A program made the position numbers and the translations under genes. 64,000 nt of DNA, taken from IMG/VR virus record IMGVR_UViG_3300027754_000043. One strand, 5' to 3'. Below the pieces are notes generated by a model that saw nothing but the letters and a program-made list of their open reading frames with translations, was not told the origin of the DNA and ran no database searches. Position 1 is the stretch's first letter; each line of letters opens with the position of its first letter. This document shows, in pieces, positions 27,065 to 36,112 of the stretch. The stretch is from a virus (Duplodnaviria; Heunggongvirae; Uroviricota; Caudoviricetes).

Positions 27065-28645
27065 TTATTTAATTAGCCACGTTAAACTCTCATCATCATA
27101 ACCATTGTTCCATGTCCACCCAGTGTCTTGCATATTTGCTCTACCGGTGTAAATAACTGGAGATGTTTTTTGAAATGATGATAATGCTTGTTTATTTAAA
27201 TTAATTCCTTGTTGTCTTAATTTTAATGCAGTATCACGCAACCACAATGTAATTGCAAATGCCATAACCAAATCATCATTGTATCCTTGCTGTGATTGAG
27301 CTTTACCATTTAACCATATAAATACCAATAGTTCTTGTATTAATCGTTTACTGCGTATTATAGGTGTTTTCTCACGCATATACATTTCCAATGCAGATAT
27401 CATTAATGGTCTTGTACGTGATGTTGTTGACACACCTGGTACCATTTGTGATTTATCTTTCATGTCATAGCCTTTTTTCAATTGTACATCTGCATCAGTA
27501 TACCCATCATCTTTATACGTGTAATGTAAGTTTGGATATCCTCTATCAATTACTGGCTGAATTGCAGCCCAACCAATGTTTGCGTTTTCAATTGCTAACA
27601 ATGCATTGTTCCATTCTGATGCTACAGTTACAAGCATATTACCAAAATCATTTGGTGGAATTTTGCCTTTATACTCAGCAACTTGTCGAACATCTTGTAC
27701 ATCAAAAACGTGGAATGCGGAAAAGTCACCTCCATCACCACGGGCAACGTCAGCCACAACCATATAATCTCGAGAATAATCTGGATACTCCCAAACCCAA
27801 TATCCATGGTCAAATCCACGCTTTTCTACGGGCTCTTCGCATATAGCTTCATATTCTAATAATAATGGACCATCTACTACAGTATGACCAGATGATACGA
27901 AATCGCAATCACATTCCTGTGCAGCACCACGTTCACCTAATAATTTTGTTTGATCGTCACGCCATGATTGATCTCGTTCAGGATGCACTGTCCAATGCAA
28001 TTTAACTGTATGGAATCCGTTTATATCAGCTTCAGCATCTGCCCAAGTTTGATGAAACCAGTTACCTACCCCATTTGGAGTTGATAATACAATTGCAGCA
28101 CCCCCTGTCGATAGTGTTGCTTGAGATGCAATCCATATTTCTTCAATGTTTCGGATAAAAGCAGCTTCATCAACTATTAACAATGACAATGCTTCAGAAC
28201 GAGCACCGGTTGTAGATGATGATACTGCTTTAATTTGTGAACCATTTTTAAATTTTAATGATAATTTATTATCTGCCTCAATATTACCTTTTAACCAACT
28301 AGGCAAGTTATCATGCATGACACGTACTTTGGTTACTAAGTTTTTTGCAACTTCTTGTGTTGTGGCAATAACTAACACGTTAAAATCTTCTGCAAATAAC
28401 ATACTCCATAAAGCAAAACCTGCTGATAATGTTGATATACCTAACTGACGAGATTTTAATATAACATTATATCGGTTATCTCGCAACTCGTGTAGTGAAT
28501 CTTCCTGAAATGGGAATAAATTAAATTTAATCTTACCACGTTTAGGATGTTGGATATAGCAGTAATTACGCATAAAAAATACAGGATCTTTAGCACATTG
28601 CATGTACTGTTGCTGTATAATTTGCTTTATATTTGGAGTACTCAT
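27065..28645 (-). CDS. Terminase large subunit (gp17-like)
   Basis: KSRQLGIST Walker A, LLIVDEAAF Walker B, STPNG, ADVARG nuclease Asp, DDLVMA. Confidence 0.97.
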   Translation of the reverse strand: MSTPNIKQIIQQQYMQCAKDPVFFMRNYCYIQHPKRGKIKFNLFPFQEDSLHELRDNRYNVILKSRQLGISTLSAGFALWSMLFAEDFNVLVIATTQEVAKNLVTKVRVMHDNLPSWLKGNIEADNKLSLKFKNGSQIKAVSSSTTGARSEALSLLIVDEAAFIRNIEEIWIASQATLSTGGAAIVLSTPNGVGNWFHQTWADAEADINGFHTVKLHWTVHPERDQSWRDDQTKLLGERGAAQECDCDFVSSGHTVVDGPLLLEYEAICEEPVEKRGFDHGYWVWEYPDYSRDYMVVADVARGDGGDFSAFHVFDVQDVRQVAEYKGKIPPNDFGNMLVTVASEWNNALLAIENANIGWAAIQPVIDRGYPNLHYTYKDDGYTDADVQLKKGYDMKDKSQMVPGVSTTSRTRPLMISALEMYMREKTPIIRSKRLIQELLVFIWLNGKAQSQQGYNDDLVMAFAITLWLRDTALKLRQQGINLNKQALSSFQKTSPVIYTGRANMQDTGWTWNNGYDDESLTWLIK

Positions 28646-29025
28646 TATTTTACAATTTCTGTTATCAATTTACCAGTTAATATAGCAGTTATAATACCAC
28701 CAGTAAAATAAATTGATTTATTATCATACCATTTTGGTCTAAATGATTTTTCTCGTTCAACATAAATATTGATATTTTCGTTAAGCAATTCTATTTGCTT
28801 CGATTTATATTCTAATTGAACTGAGTCTAATTTAATTAAACGTGTTTGATAATTGATTAATTTTTCTTGTTTATCTAATAGATTATTATTAAGTGAATCT
28901 GCAATATATAATGAATCTAACATATATGAAATGTCTTCAATCTCTTGTTGTGTAAAACAAGTATCCGGTACTTGCGCAATTGCAAACACCGGACTTATTA
29001 ATAATATAAACAATAATAGTTTCAT
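28645..29025 (-). CDS. Secreted/membrane coiled-coil protein (possible spanin subunit)
   Basis: N-terminal hydrophobic signal, coiled coil, C-terminal hydrophobic segment. Confidence 0.45.
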   Translation of the reverse strand: MKLLLFILLISPVFAIAQVPDTCFTQQEIEDISYMLDSLYIADSLNNNLLDKQEKLINYQTRLIKLDSVQLEYKSKQIELLNENINIYVEREKSFRPKWYDNKSIYFTGGIITAILTGKLITEIVK

Positions 29026-29360
29026 TATTTTTTTCTATTAGGTCGTCTTGATTTTTTAATAATATTTTCTCGAGCTTCAGCTGTTGTTTTCGGTTCTTCA
29101 ACTTTAATATTAGCTTTAGCTGTTTTAATTTCAGCAATTTCTGTTTTTACTTCTACAACTGCATTTTTCACTTCTTCACGTTGTTCCTCAACCTGTTTAA
29201 TTTTTACGTCAATGTCTTCGATTTTTTTATTGTTATCTACTACTTTTTTAGGTGTTTCGATTACAACTTCTTTTTTATTTCGGTTAAATAAAATCACTGA
29301 AATAATTACTGTTACTATACCAGCTATAAATGCATAAATTAATTTAATTGTTTTTTTCAT
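29025..29360 (-). CDS. Membrane-anchored coiled-coil protein (possible i-spanin)
   Basis: Single N-terminal TM (LIYAFIAGIVTVIISVILF) followed by a K/E-rich coiled coil. Confidence 0.45.
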   Translation of the reverse strand: MKKTIKLIYAFIAGIVTVIISVILFNRNKKEVVIETPKKVVDNNKKIEDIDVKIKQVEEQREEVKNAVVEVKTEIAEIKTAKANIKVEEPKTTAEARENIIKKSRRPNRKK

Positions 29361-29994
29361 CGGTGTGTATGTTATTTAGTTTATTAATAAATTCTTCTTT
29401 AAATTTGTCAAATTGTTCTTGTACTTGTTCATTGAATTGTTCAGGAGTCATCTTTGCTGCCCATGTTTCTGTCATTCCGTCTGAATTAGTTACAAATTTT
29501 GCTGCGGTTGTATATGTTTCTTTTAACATTGCAACATCGCGTTCTGCATCACGTAGCCATGACATTGCATTTTCTCGCATTCTATTATATGCATATTCAT
29601 CAAACTTACCATCACGTTTTAATTCATGTTCCATTTCAATAACACAATCAAAACACATTCCATGAAAATTTCTCATTTTTAAGTCTAATGGATGTGTACC
29701 TGAACATGTACATATGTCTTTTCTGCAATGTGGGAATGAACGAATTTCATCTCGGACTTGTTGGAATACATCTGAGTTTTTTGTTTTTTTAATTCTAAAA
29801 CCATCTCGTTGTTCAATGATGTAAGTAACACCAGAAGAATTAGTTTCTTCCCAAATATCACCTACTTCATGTCGTTCATTTTGTTTTGCAACTGATTCTG
29901 CATCACTAAACCCAACAGTTTTTTTAGTTTGAAACCTATGGGTTCCATCTAACATCTCCTGGATTGCCTTGATGTTTTGTAACTTTTTTGCCAT
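29344..29994 (-). CDS. Hypothetical protein with Cys cluster
   Basis: HEVGDIWEE motif; CRKDICTC and CFDC. Confidence 0.7.
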   Translation of the reverse strand: MAKKLQNIKAIQEMLDGTHRFQTKKTVGFSDAESVAKQNERHEVGDIWEETNSSGVTYIIEQRDGFRIKKTKNSDVFQQVRDEIRSFPHCRKDICTCSGTHPLDLKMRNFHGMCFDCVIEMEHELKRDGKFDEYAYNRMRENAMSWLRDAERDVAMLKETYTTAAKFVTNSDGMTETWAAKMTPEQFNEQVQEQFDKFKEEFINKLNNIHTDEKNN

Positions 29995-30012
29995 AACCTT
30001 TTTCTTTATTTA

Positions 30013-30834
30013 TTATTTATTTTCATCAGGTTCTGCTGATGTATTACTCAATTTAATAACATGCTCTTTTGCAGCTCGCATCAATAACTTATAATAATTA
30101 AGTTTATCTGCTGGTTCTACTTCTGCAGTTAAATCCTTAGATACTTGTAATATAGATTTAACCTGATTAATCGTACCAGCTGCTTTAATTGAATCTACAT
30201 ATTTTTTAACATTAATTGCTTGTTGTTCTTCAGCCGGCACTTCAGCTGCTGGTGCTGCAGCAGTTGGTTCAACTACAGGTGCTGGTGCTGCTGGAGCAGT
30301 TGCGGTTGGATCTGGCGCTGCAGTTGGATCTGGCGCCGGCATATCAGTTGGTGCAGCTGCGGGATCTACTGCAGTTGGATCTGTTGCTGCTAATGGATCT
30401 TCTGCCGCGGCAGGATCAACATCGCCTTCAGCTTCTAAAATAACTTTAGTAATTTTTCTACGAATATATTCTCTAACTAAACGTTCTTGTTGTTCGCGAG
30501 TTAAATTATAAACTTTATCCTTAAGATTTTTTTCACTAGCTTTTTCGCCAGCATCTTGACGTTTTTTCAAAACTTTAGCTGCATGTTTAGGATCATACTC
30601 ACCATCTTCAACATCTTTATATAAACGATCATCAGCATTGTATTTCACATACATATCACCAGTATCAACTGTTTCTTTGTCTGTTTTTCTAAGAACGTTG
30701 CTTTGTTTCTCACCTGCAGAATTTGGATTTAATCCACCCTCTTTATCATCAGCAGTATAATCTTTTAAATCTTTACGACTTTTATATTTCGTATTTTCTG
30801 GTTTCTTATACTTGCTTTTGTGTTTTTCAGCCAT
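30013..30834 (-). CDS. Hypothetical protein with Asp/Pro/Ala low-complexity linker
   Basis: DPAAA/DPTA repeats after KVILE; own promoter motif at 30857-30864. Confidence 0.7.
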   Translation of the reverse strand: MAEKHKSKYKKPENTKYKSRKDLKDYTADDKEGGLNPNSAGEKQSNVLRKTDKETVDTGDMYVKYNADDRLYKDVEDGEYDPKHAAKVLKKRQDAGEKASEKNLKDKVYNLTREQQERLVREYIRRKITKVILEAEGDVDPAAAEDPLAATDPTAVDPAAAPTDMPAPDPTAAPDPTATAPAAPAPVVEPTAAAPAAEVPAEEQQAINVKKYVDSIKAAGTINQVKSILQVSKDLTAEVEPADKLNYYKLLMRAAKEHVIKLSNTSAEPDENK

Positions 30835-30863
30835 TTTGATTTACCTTATTTTTATAATAAATA

Positions 30864-32918
30864 TTAACGTGAATATTTTAATACACCTAAAATTTGATTT
30901 ATTGGAGCAAACGCACCGGTTAATTTATAAGTATTACCTCTGTATACGAATACAATGCCTTCAGATGGTACAATTGCTTCAAATCCTCCTAAACGTTGTA
31001 TACGAACTAATTCCGCTTTTAATTTCTCTAGTACTTTAAGATCTCCACTTTGCTCTAATTCTCTGCTTAATTGTGCTAACTCTGTTTTGATTTCTTGAAC
31101 TGCATTGCTTGGGTTAACTGCTAAGAAGTTTTCTGCATTTTTTAAAACTACAGCCCCTAATCTTAAAAAGATAGTTTCAAATGGTTCCATATTTTGTTTT
31201 TGGAAACTTTTAAAATCTTGTTTATCGAAATCAGTTACCCATGTTTTAAAATTAGGATTATCAATTTGTTTTTTAATATTAACAATCGATGTTGATTTAT
31301 CATTAAATGCCCAACGATATATTAATGTCGTTAATACGGCATCTGGTATTTGATATCCTAATTCTTGAGCTTTAGTTCTTATAACATCTGCCCACCATGC
31401 TTTATGATATTCTGTAACTAAATCTGTATCTTTTAATTTAAACAAATTACGTAATTTATCTATTTCAGTAAAGAATGCTTTTTGTTGATCTTCAAAATCT
31501 ACTAAACGTCCTAATTTAATTTGTTGCGGTGGTATTATTTTAAATCCTTTACTATATACCATATCAATAGCATTGCCGGCTGTATCGGTTTTTTGTAAAT
31601 GTGCATTTGCCTCTGCAACTACACGTTGAACCAACCCACCGCCGGCTGCATCTGTTTCTACAATATTACCAACTTCATCATATTCAACTAAATTGTGAAA
31701 TTGTAATACTGCTGTTTCATATGCAATAACATTTTTAGTTGCTGGATATATAATTTCCATATTAGCAAATACTCGACCATTTTTAAATATTGCATTTAAT
31801 TGATCTGGTGCGATACGACCGAATGCTTCTTGCAAGTCTTCACCAGCACCGCCAAATGCTTCAGATATAGGTCCGCGATTATCAAATTTAGCTTGTAACT
31901 CAGCCGTTGTCATTGGGTTAATAACAGTTCCTTTATTCCGAGCAAAACCAATTTGACCATTCTTCCATGTTACTTGAATATTTTGACCATCTGTCTTTTC
32001 AGTAACTGCTTCTTCCATATCCAAATACCCACCTAAACCACGTGATACTATTTCTTTCATATCACCAAATGTTAATCCGTGATTATCATATGGATGTGCC
32101 ATATGTCCACCGGCGCCGCCTTCGGTAATTAATGTTTTAGGTTTCGAAACAGATTCATTGATTTTTGCACCAAATATTGTTTTTGCAAATTCATCGAAAT
32201 CATATTGAAAACTATTACCTTCATGTGAATTTAAAAAATGTCTTAGTTTTTTTATTTTTGCATCATGTTGGTCTTTGTCTTTAGTACCCATTGCACCTTC
32301 AAACATTGTTTTCCACCAATTCACTGAATATGTAGATTCTTGCACACTTGTTAAAGTTTGCCAAATATTTTTTATAACGGCATCAGCATATCCAGGATAT
32401 GAATCCTCAAATGTTTTATAATCATTATTTGCTAATGCTGCTCTAATAGTAGAGGCAGATATTGGTTGTCCATTTGCATATAATTCTGGATCTATATTAA
32501 TACTCATTTCAGTTGCATTAACACCTTGTGGAATTGTTCTTCCTTTTTTGTCGCCGGTAATTTTATATTTATCTACATTCGGAATAAAATCTTTAGCACG
32601 AACATAATCATCTCCTTTTGTAGACGCTGCCATTGCAAAATTACCTGTTGCATCTGTTGGTAATGCAAATAAATATTCATATGCAGCTGCAATTGGAGAA
32701 TTGAATTCTGTTGGTTGCATTATAATTTTTGAATTTGTATTTAATAAATTAAAAATTTCTGCACTTTTTTCGCGTGTTATTCCATCTCGTTCTTTTGAAC
32801 CGATTAACATGATAACTCGTTCAACACGTGGATCGTCTGCATATCTTTGTGCTAAAGCCATATGTGCGCCGGTTAATGGTTTGAATCCACCAGGAAATAA
32901 TACTGTTATTTTATCCAT
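30864..32918 (-). CDS. Fusion of a cytidyltransferase-like (HxGH) nucleotidyltransferase and a KxDG ligase-like domain
   Basis: N-terminal LFPGGFKPLTGAH...PISASTIR; second domain GHMAHP...TEKTDGQN...EGIVF...YKLTGAFAPINQILG. Confidence 0.7.
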   Translation of the reverse strand: MDKITVLFPGGFKPLTGAHMALAQRYADDPRVERVIMLIGSKERDGITREKSAEIFNLLNTNSKIIMQPTEFNSPIAAAYEYLFALPTDATGNFAMAASTKGDDYVRAKDFIPNVDKYKITGDKKGRTIPQGVNATEMSINIDPELYANGQPISASTIRAALANNDYKTFEDSYPGYADAVIKNIWQTLTSVQESTYSVNWWKTMFEGAMGTKDKDQHDAKIKKLRHFLNSHEGNSFQYDFDEFAKTIFGAKINESVSKPKTLITEGGAGGHMAHPYDNHGLTFGDMKEIVSRGLGGYLDMEEAVTEKTDGQNIQVTWKNGQIGFARNKGTVINPMTTAELQAKFDNRGPISEAFGGAGEDLQEAFGRIAPDQLNAIFKNGRVFANMEIIYPATKNVIAYETAVLQFHNLVEYDEVGNIVETDAAGGGLVQRVVAEANAHLQKTDTAGNAIDMVYSKGFKIIPPQQIKLGRLVDFEDQQKAFFTEIDKLRNLFKLKDTDLVTEYHKAWWADVIRTKAQELGYQIPDAVLTTLIYRWAFNDKSTSIVNIKKQIDNPNFKTWVTDFDKQDFKSFQKQNMEPFETIFLRLGAVVLKNAENFLAVNPSNAVQEIKTELAQLSRELEQSGDLKVLEKLKAELVRIQRLGGFEAIVPSEGIVFVYRGNTYKLTGAFAPINQILGVLKYSR

Positions 32919-32954
32919 TTGTTATTTATCCGTTTAATATAAATATTACATGAT

Positions 32955-33536
32955 TTAAGACCATGCTCCGGTTTTAGATAATATGACCCATCGACCACCA
33001 GCCGCAACCGGATCATCAGCTGAAATTAATTCAATTGTAGCATATGGATCACTACATGCTATACTAGCTGAACTATTGATATAGCCCCCACTACCAGTAA
33101 TTGCTAATGTATTTGTAGTATTTGTAAGTTTCATAAATCTAACAATCGTACCATATCTTGCATTACCTGGCGAAGCTAATCTAACAGAATGATCTGTATT
33201 ACCATAAAATGAATACATGCTACCAGATTGTACTAATTTTGTATATCCGAGAATTTGTAAATTAGTTACTGAGATTGTATCTGTATCGATTGGAACTGGG
33301 CCGTATATTCCTCCGTCAATTGGTGATTTATATTGTTTCAAGCCTTGGTGTAACAATATATTATTAACTGTAAGTGAATTTATAGTACTCGTGCTACTAC
33401 CGGATGTTATTATTCCTTGCATAAAATATGTTTGGAATGGATAATCAGTACCACCGATAGATGCTATATGTGCGGTTGATCCACCTTGTGTTATAAAGTT
33501 ATATACACCCCCGTTTGATAATTGAATTTCTGCCAT
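32955..33536 (-). CDS. Putative virion/tail protein
   Basis: Beta-rich; C-terminal ATIELIS...RWVILS fibre-type domain. Confidence 0.55.
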   Translation of the reverse strand: MAEIQLSNGGVYNFITQGGSTAHIASIGGTDYPFQTYFMQGIITSGSSTSTINSLTVNNILLHQGLKQYKSPIDGGIYGPVPIDTDTISVTNLQILGYTKLVQSGSMYSFYGNTDHSVRLASPGNARYGTIVRFMKLTNTTNTLAITGSGGYINSSASIACSDPYATIELISADDPVAAGGRWVILSKTGAWS

Positions 33537-33555
33537 ATATATTTATTCTATTAAA

Positions 33556-36084
33556 TTAACCAAAACTACCGCTATCCCAATCGGCACGTATTTCTTCTAA
33601 TGCTGCACCAAATGCACCTACATCATCTCTAAAAAATACACCAGTTGAGCCGATTTCTATTGTAACAGTAGCAGCATTTGTTCCAATTATATCAGGCACA
33701 TCGATACCAGCAATACAAATTGGATATGAATATGCCGCTGCGCCAGAACCACCGGTTCTATATTTCAATGAGCATGATATAATTACGTGTTGTGCAATTT
33801 CACCACCCAATGTTCCATCAACTACTAATGTATAATAAGCAGGTACATAATAATAATCACCTGGCGTATTAATTTGTTCTGTAAATCTAAAATAACTACT
33901 TGTATTTTCTTGATTTACTGTTATACTTTTATTTCTAAAAAATTGCGCAGATGATACACCAGAATAATCTCCGTTACTTGCAGACAAATCACCATTTGGT
34001 AATAAATGGAAATTGCTTGATGAAATTTCTAAATTACCATTGCTACCACTTATAAAGTTTGCAGGCGATGTTGAACCTAAAAAGAATGTTTGTGTTTTAA
34101 CAATTAATTCTGATGGATCGGTTCTAAATCTAAAATAATTATCTGTATTAGCATATAACTCTAATCCTACACCTTGATATGTAGTTGTAGATGAAGGCAT
34201 TGCAGAACCAGACCACAATAAAAATCCTGGAAACCCTGCATTAAATCCTTCATAGCCTAATGATCTAATAAAACCAGAATTAGGATATCCACTAATTGCT
34301 ACACCGCTATTTAAACTATCAGCAACATAAAGTGAACCAGTTAGCATTGAGTAGTTTCCATCAACATACCGATTTCCACCTTCCCAATTTAGATTGCTAA
34401 TATAATTTATTTGTTTGCTTTTTACACCGGCTACATTGTAATACTCAATTTTAAATGTTAATTGATTATTAATTTTATGCGCAGTTGGTATTAATGCTTT
34501 TAATCTAGTATAATTTGGAGTATATCCAGCATCATTATCTGTGGTTGTTCTAATATCAGCAATTTGCCATTGGCCTGATTCTATTACAAATAACAATGTT
34601 CCTTTACCCGTTGCATCAGCTTCAAATGATAATACATAATCATCATAACGTTTAGATGTAGAATCAATTTCAATTCTACCAATTCGTTTTCCTAATGTAG
34701 TTGTTAATTCTTGATTTAACATATCAGTTGCATCATAATTAAATGCACTACCTGACATATACACTGATATAACCGGGTTTATGTTATTGCTATATAAATC
34801 ACGTGTACCAATTGCATCAAATGTTACTTTATATGATGATGCTCCTAAAAATACTCCATTAAATGTTGGATTTATTTTTAATACATGTACTGCATTATCT
34901 GCTGCAATATTAGTTGTACTTGTTACATCAATTGCATTTGTTAAATCAGTGTTTGAATATGTTAATGTAGGCGCAGTGCTTACAGTTTTACCAATATACG
35001 TAACGCCTTGCCAATATGTGTTAATTGTTGTTTGCGATTCAATCGTACCAACTGATTTATCAGGAAATAAAGAACCAGTATTAGTTACAAATATTTCTGT
35101 TTCATCCAATTCAATATCAATAATAGGTTCCCATGTTCCAACCGTACCATTGTTATTCATATACAGTTTAATACGAGATATATCACCGGTTGCTGGTTCT
35201 AAATCGTTAATTTCAACTAAAGCATATGATTCTGAATTTTGTGTTTGAGTATATGTTGGTGTTGATTCATATGATAATGTATATGAAGATACATCAAATG
35301 AATTAAATGTATGTGATGATATACTTTGGTTGCTATACACTGTATACTCCGAATCTAACACAGCCAACGTTGGTGTTAATATCTTTTTAATCGTCGATGT
35401 ATACTTAGTAGAGATTGGAGTATATGCAGGTTGAGGAAATGCGTTATTAGGAGTATTAACTGTTATAGTACCAGTTTTCATATCTGGTGTAAATGCGCCA
35501 CCTGCTAACTCAATTACCGGTTGACCATTTAATGCTGTATATTTAACATTACCAGCAGAATATGTTGGAAATTGCCCCAATGCATAAGTTCTATCTAAAT
35601 GTGGTGCTACTTGTTCTCGTAAAGAAACCGTAGGTAATGTTTCAAAAATAATTTCTGATTCATTTGATACAGTTGGATTAACAGCAACTGTTCTTTGCCA
35701 TTTAACATTTGATCTTCCTCGCCATTCGGCAGGTACCAGTTGATTGTTTATTGTAACAGCTTCTGCTAATAGTGTTATTACACATTCACCTGGCGATGAA
35801 TCTTCATATATATAAATTGCAATTACACGTGATTTATCTTCATCTATATAATCTACAATTTCATGATAAATTGGATCGCCATTATAATCCAATATTTCTA
35901 AATTTAAATAGCCACCCACTTTTAGATTGGTAGGGTGGCCTTTTAGTTTAAATAAGTTTTTTCCTGAAGTTAATCTGTCCGGAAATTCAGTAATTTGAAA
36001 GTAATCTGGAGATGTTAATGATAAATCAGTATAGTATACATCAATAAACTCTAATCCTTTATATACTGCTGTTTTTCTTTTCAT
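33556..36084 (-). CDS. Putative baseplate/tail structural protein
   Basis: 842 aa, Thr/Ser/Gly/Tyr-rich; own promoter motif at 36106-36113. Confidence 0.6.
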   Translation of the reverse strand: MKRKTAVYKGLEFIDVYYTDLSLTSPDYFQITEFPDRLTSGKNLFKLKGHPTNLKVGGYLNLEILDYNGDPIYHEIVDYIDEDKSRVIAIYIYEDSSPGECVITLLAEAVTINNQLVPAEWRGRSNVKWQRTVAVNPTVSNESEIIFETLPTVSLREQVAPHLDRTYALGQFPTYSAGNVKYTALNGQPVIELAGGAFTPDMKTGTITVNTPNNAFPQPAYTPISTKYTSTIKKILTPTLAVLDSEYTVYSNQSISSHTFNSFDVSSYTLSYESTPTYTQTQNSESYALVEINDLEPATGDISRIKLYMNNNGTVGTWEPIIDIELDETEIFVTNTGSLFPDKSVGTIESQTTINTYWQGVTYIGKTVSTAPTLTYSNTDLTNAIDVTSTTNIAADNAVHVLKINPTFNGVFLGASSYKVTFDAIGTRDLYSNNINPVISVYMSGSAFNYDATDMLNQELTTTLGKRIGRIEIDSTSKRYDDYVLSFEADATGKGTLLFVIESGQWQIADIRTTTDNDAGYTPNYTRLKALIPTAHKINNQLTFKIEYYNVAGVKSKQINYISNLNWEGGNRYVDGNYSMLTGSLYVADSLNSGVAISGYPNSGFIRSLGYEGFNAGFPGFLLWSGSAMPSSTTTYQGVGLELYANTDNYFRFRTDPSELIVKTQTFFLGSTSPANFISGSNGNLEISSSNFHLLPNGDLSASNGDYSGVSSAQFFRNKSITVNQENTSSYFRFTEQINTPGDYYYVPAYYTLVVDGTLGGEIAQHVIISCSLKYRTGGSGAAAYSYPICIAGIDVPDIIGTNAATVTIEIGSTGVFFRDDVGAFGAALEEIRADWDSGSFG

Positions 36085-36112
36085 TAACTGATATTTCTTT
36101 TTTATATAAATA

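Noticed and set aside
27065-28645. Inteins or group I introns in terminase, portal, capsid or primase
   Set aside because: Lengths are ordinary, motifs are contiguous, and no C...HN intein ends or LAGLIDADG/HNH inserts were seen.
30200-30420. GC-richer repeated GTTGGATCT stretch as foreign DNA
   Set aside because: Explained by the Asp/Pro/Ala/Thr low-complexity linker of the 30013..30834 protein.
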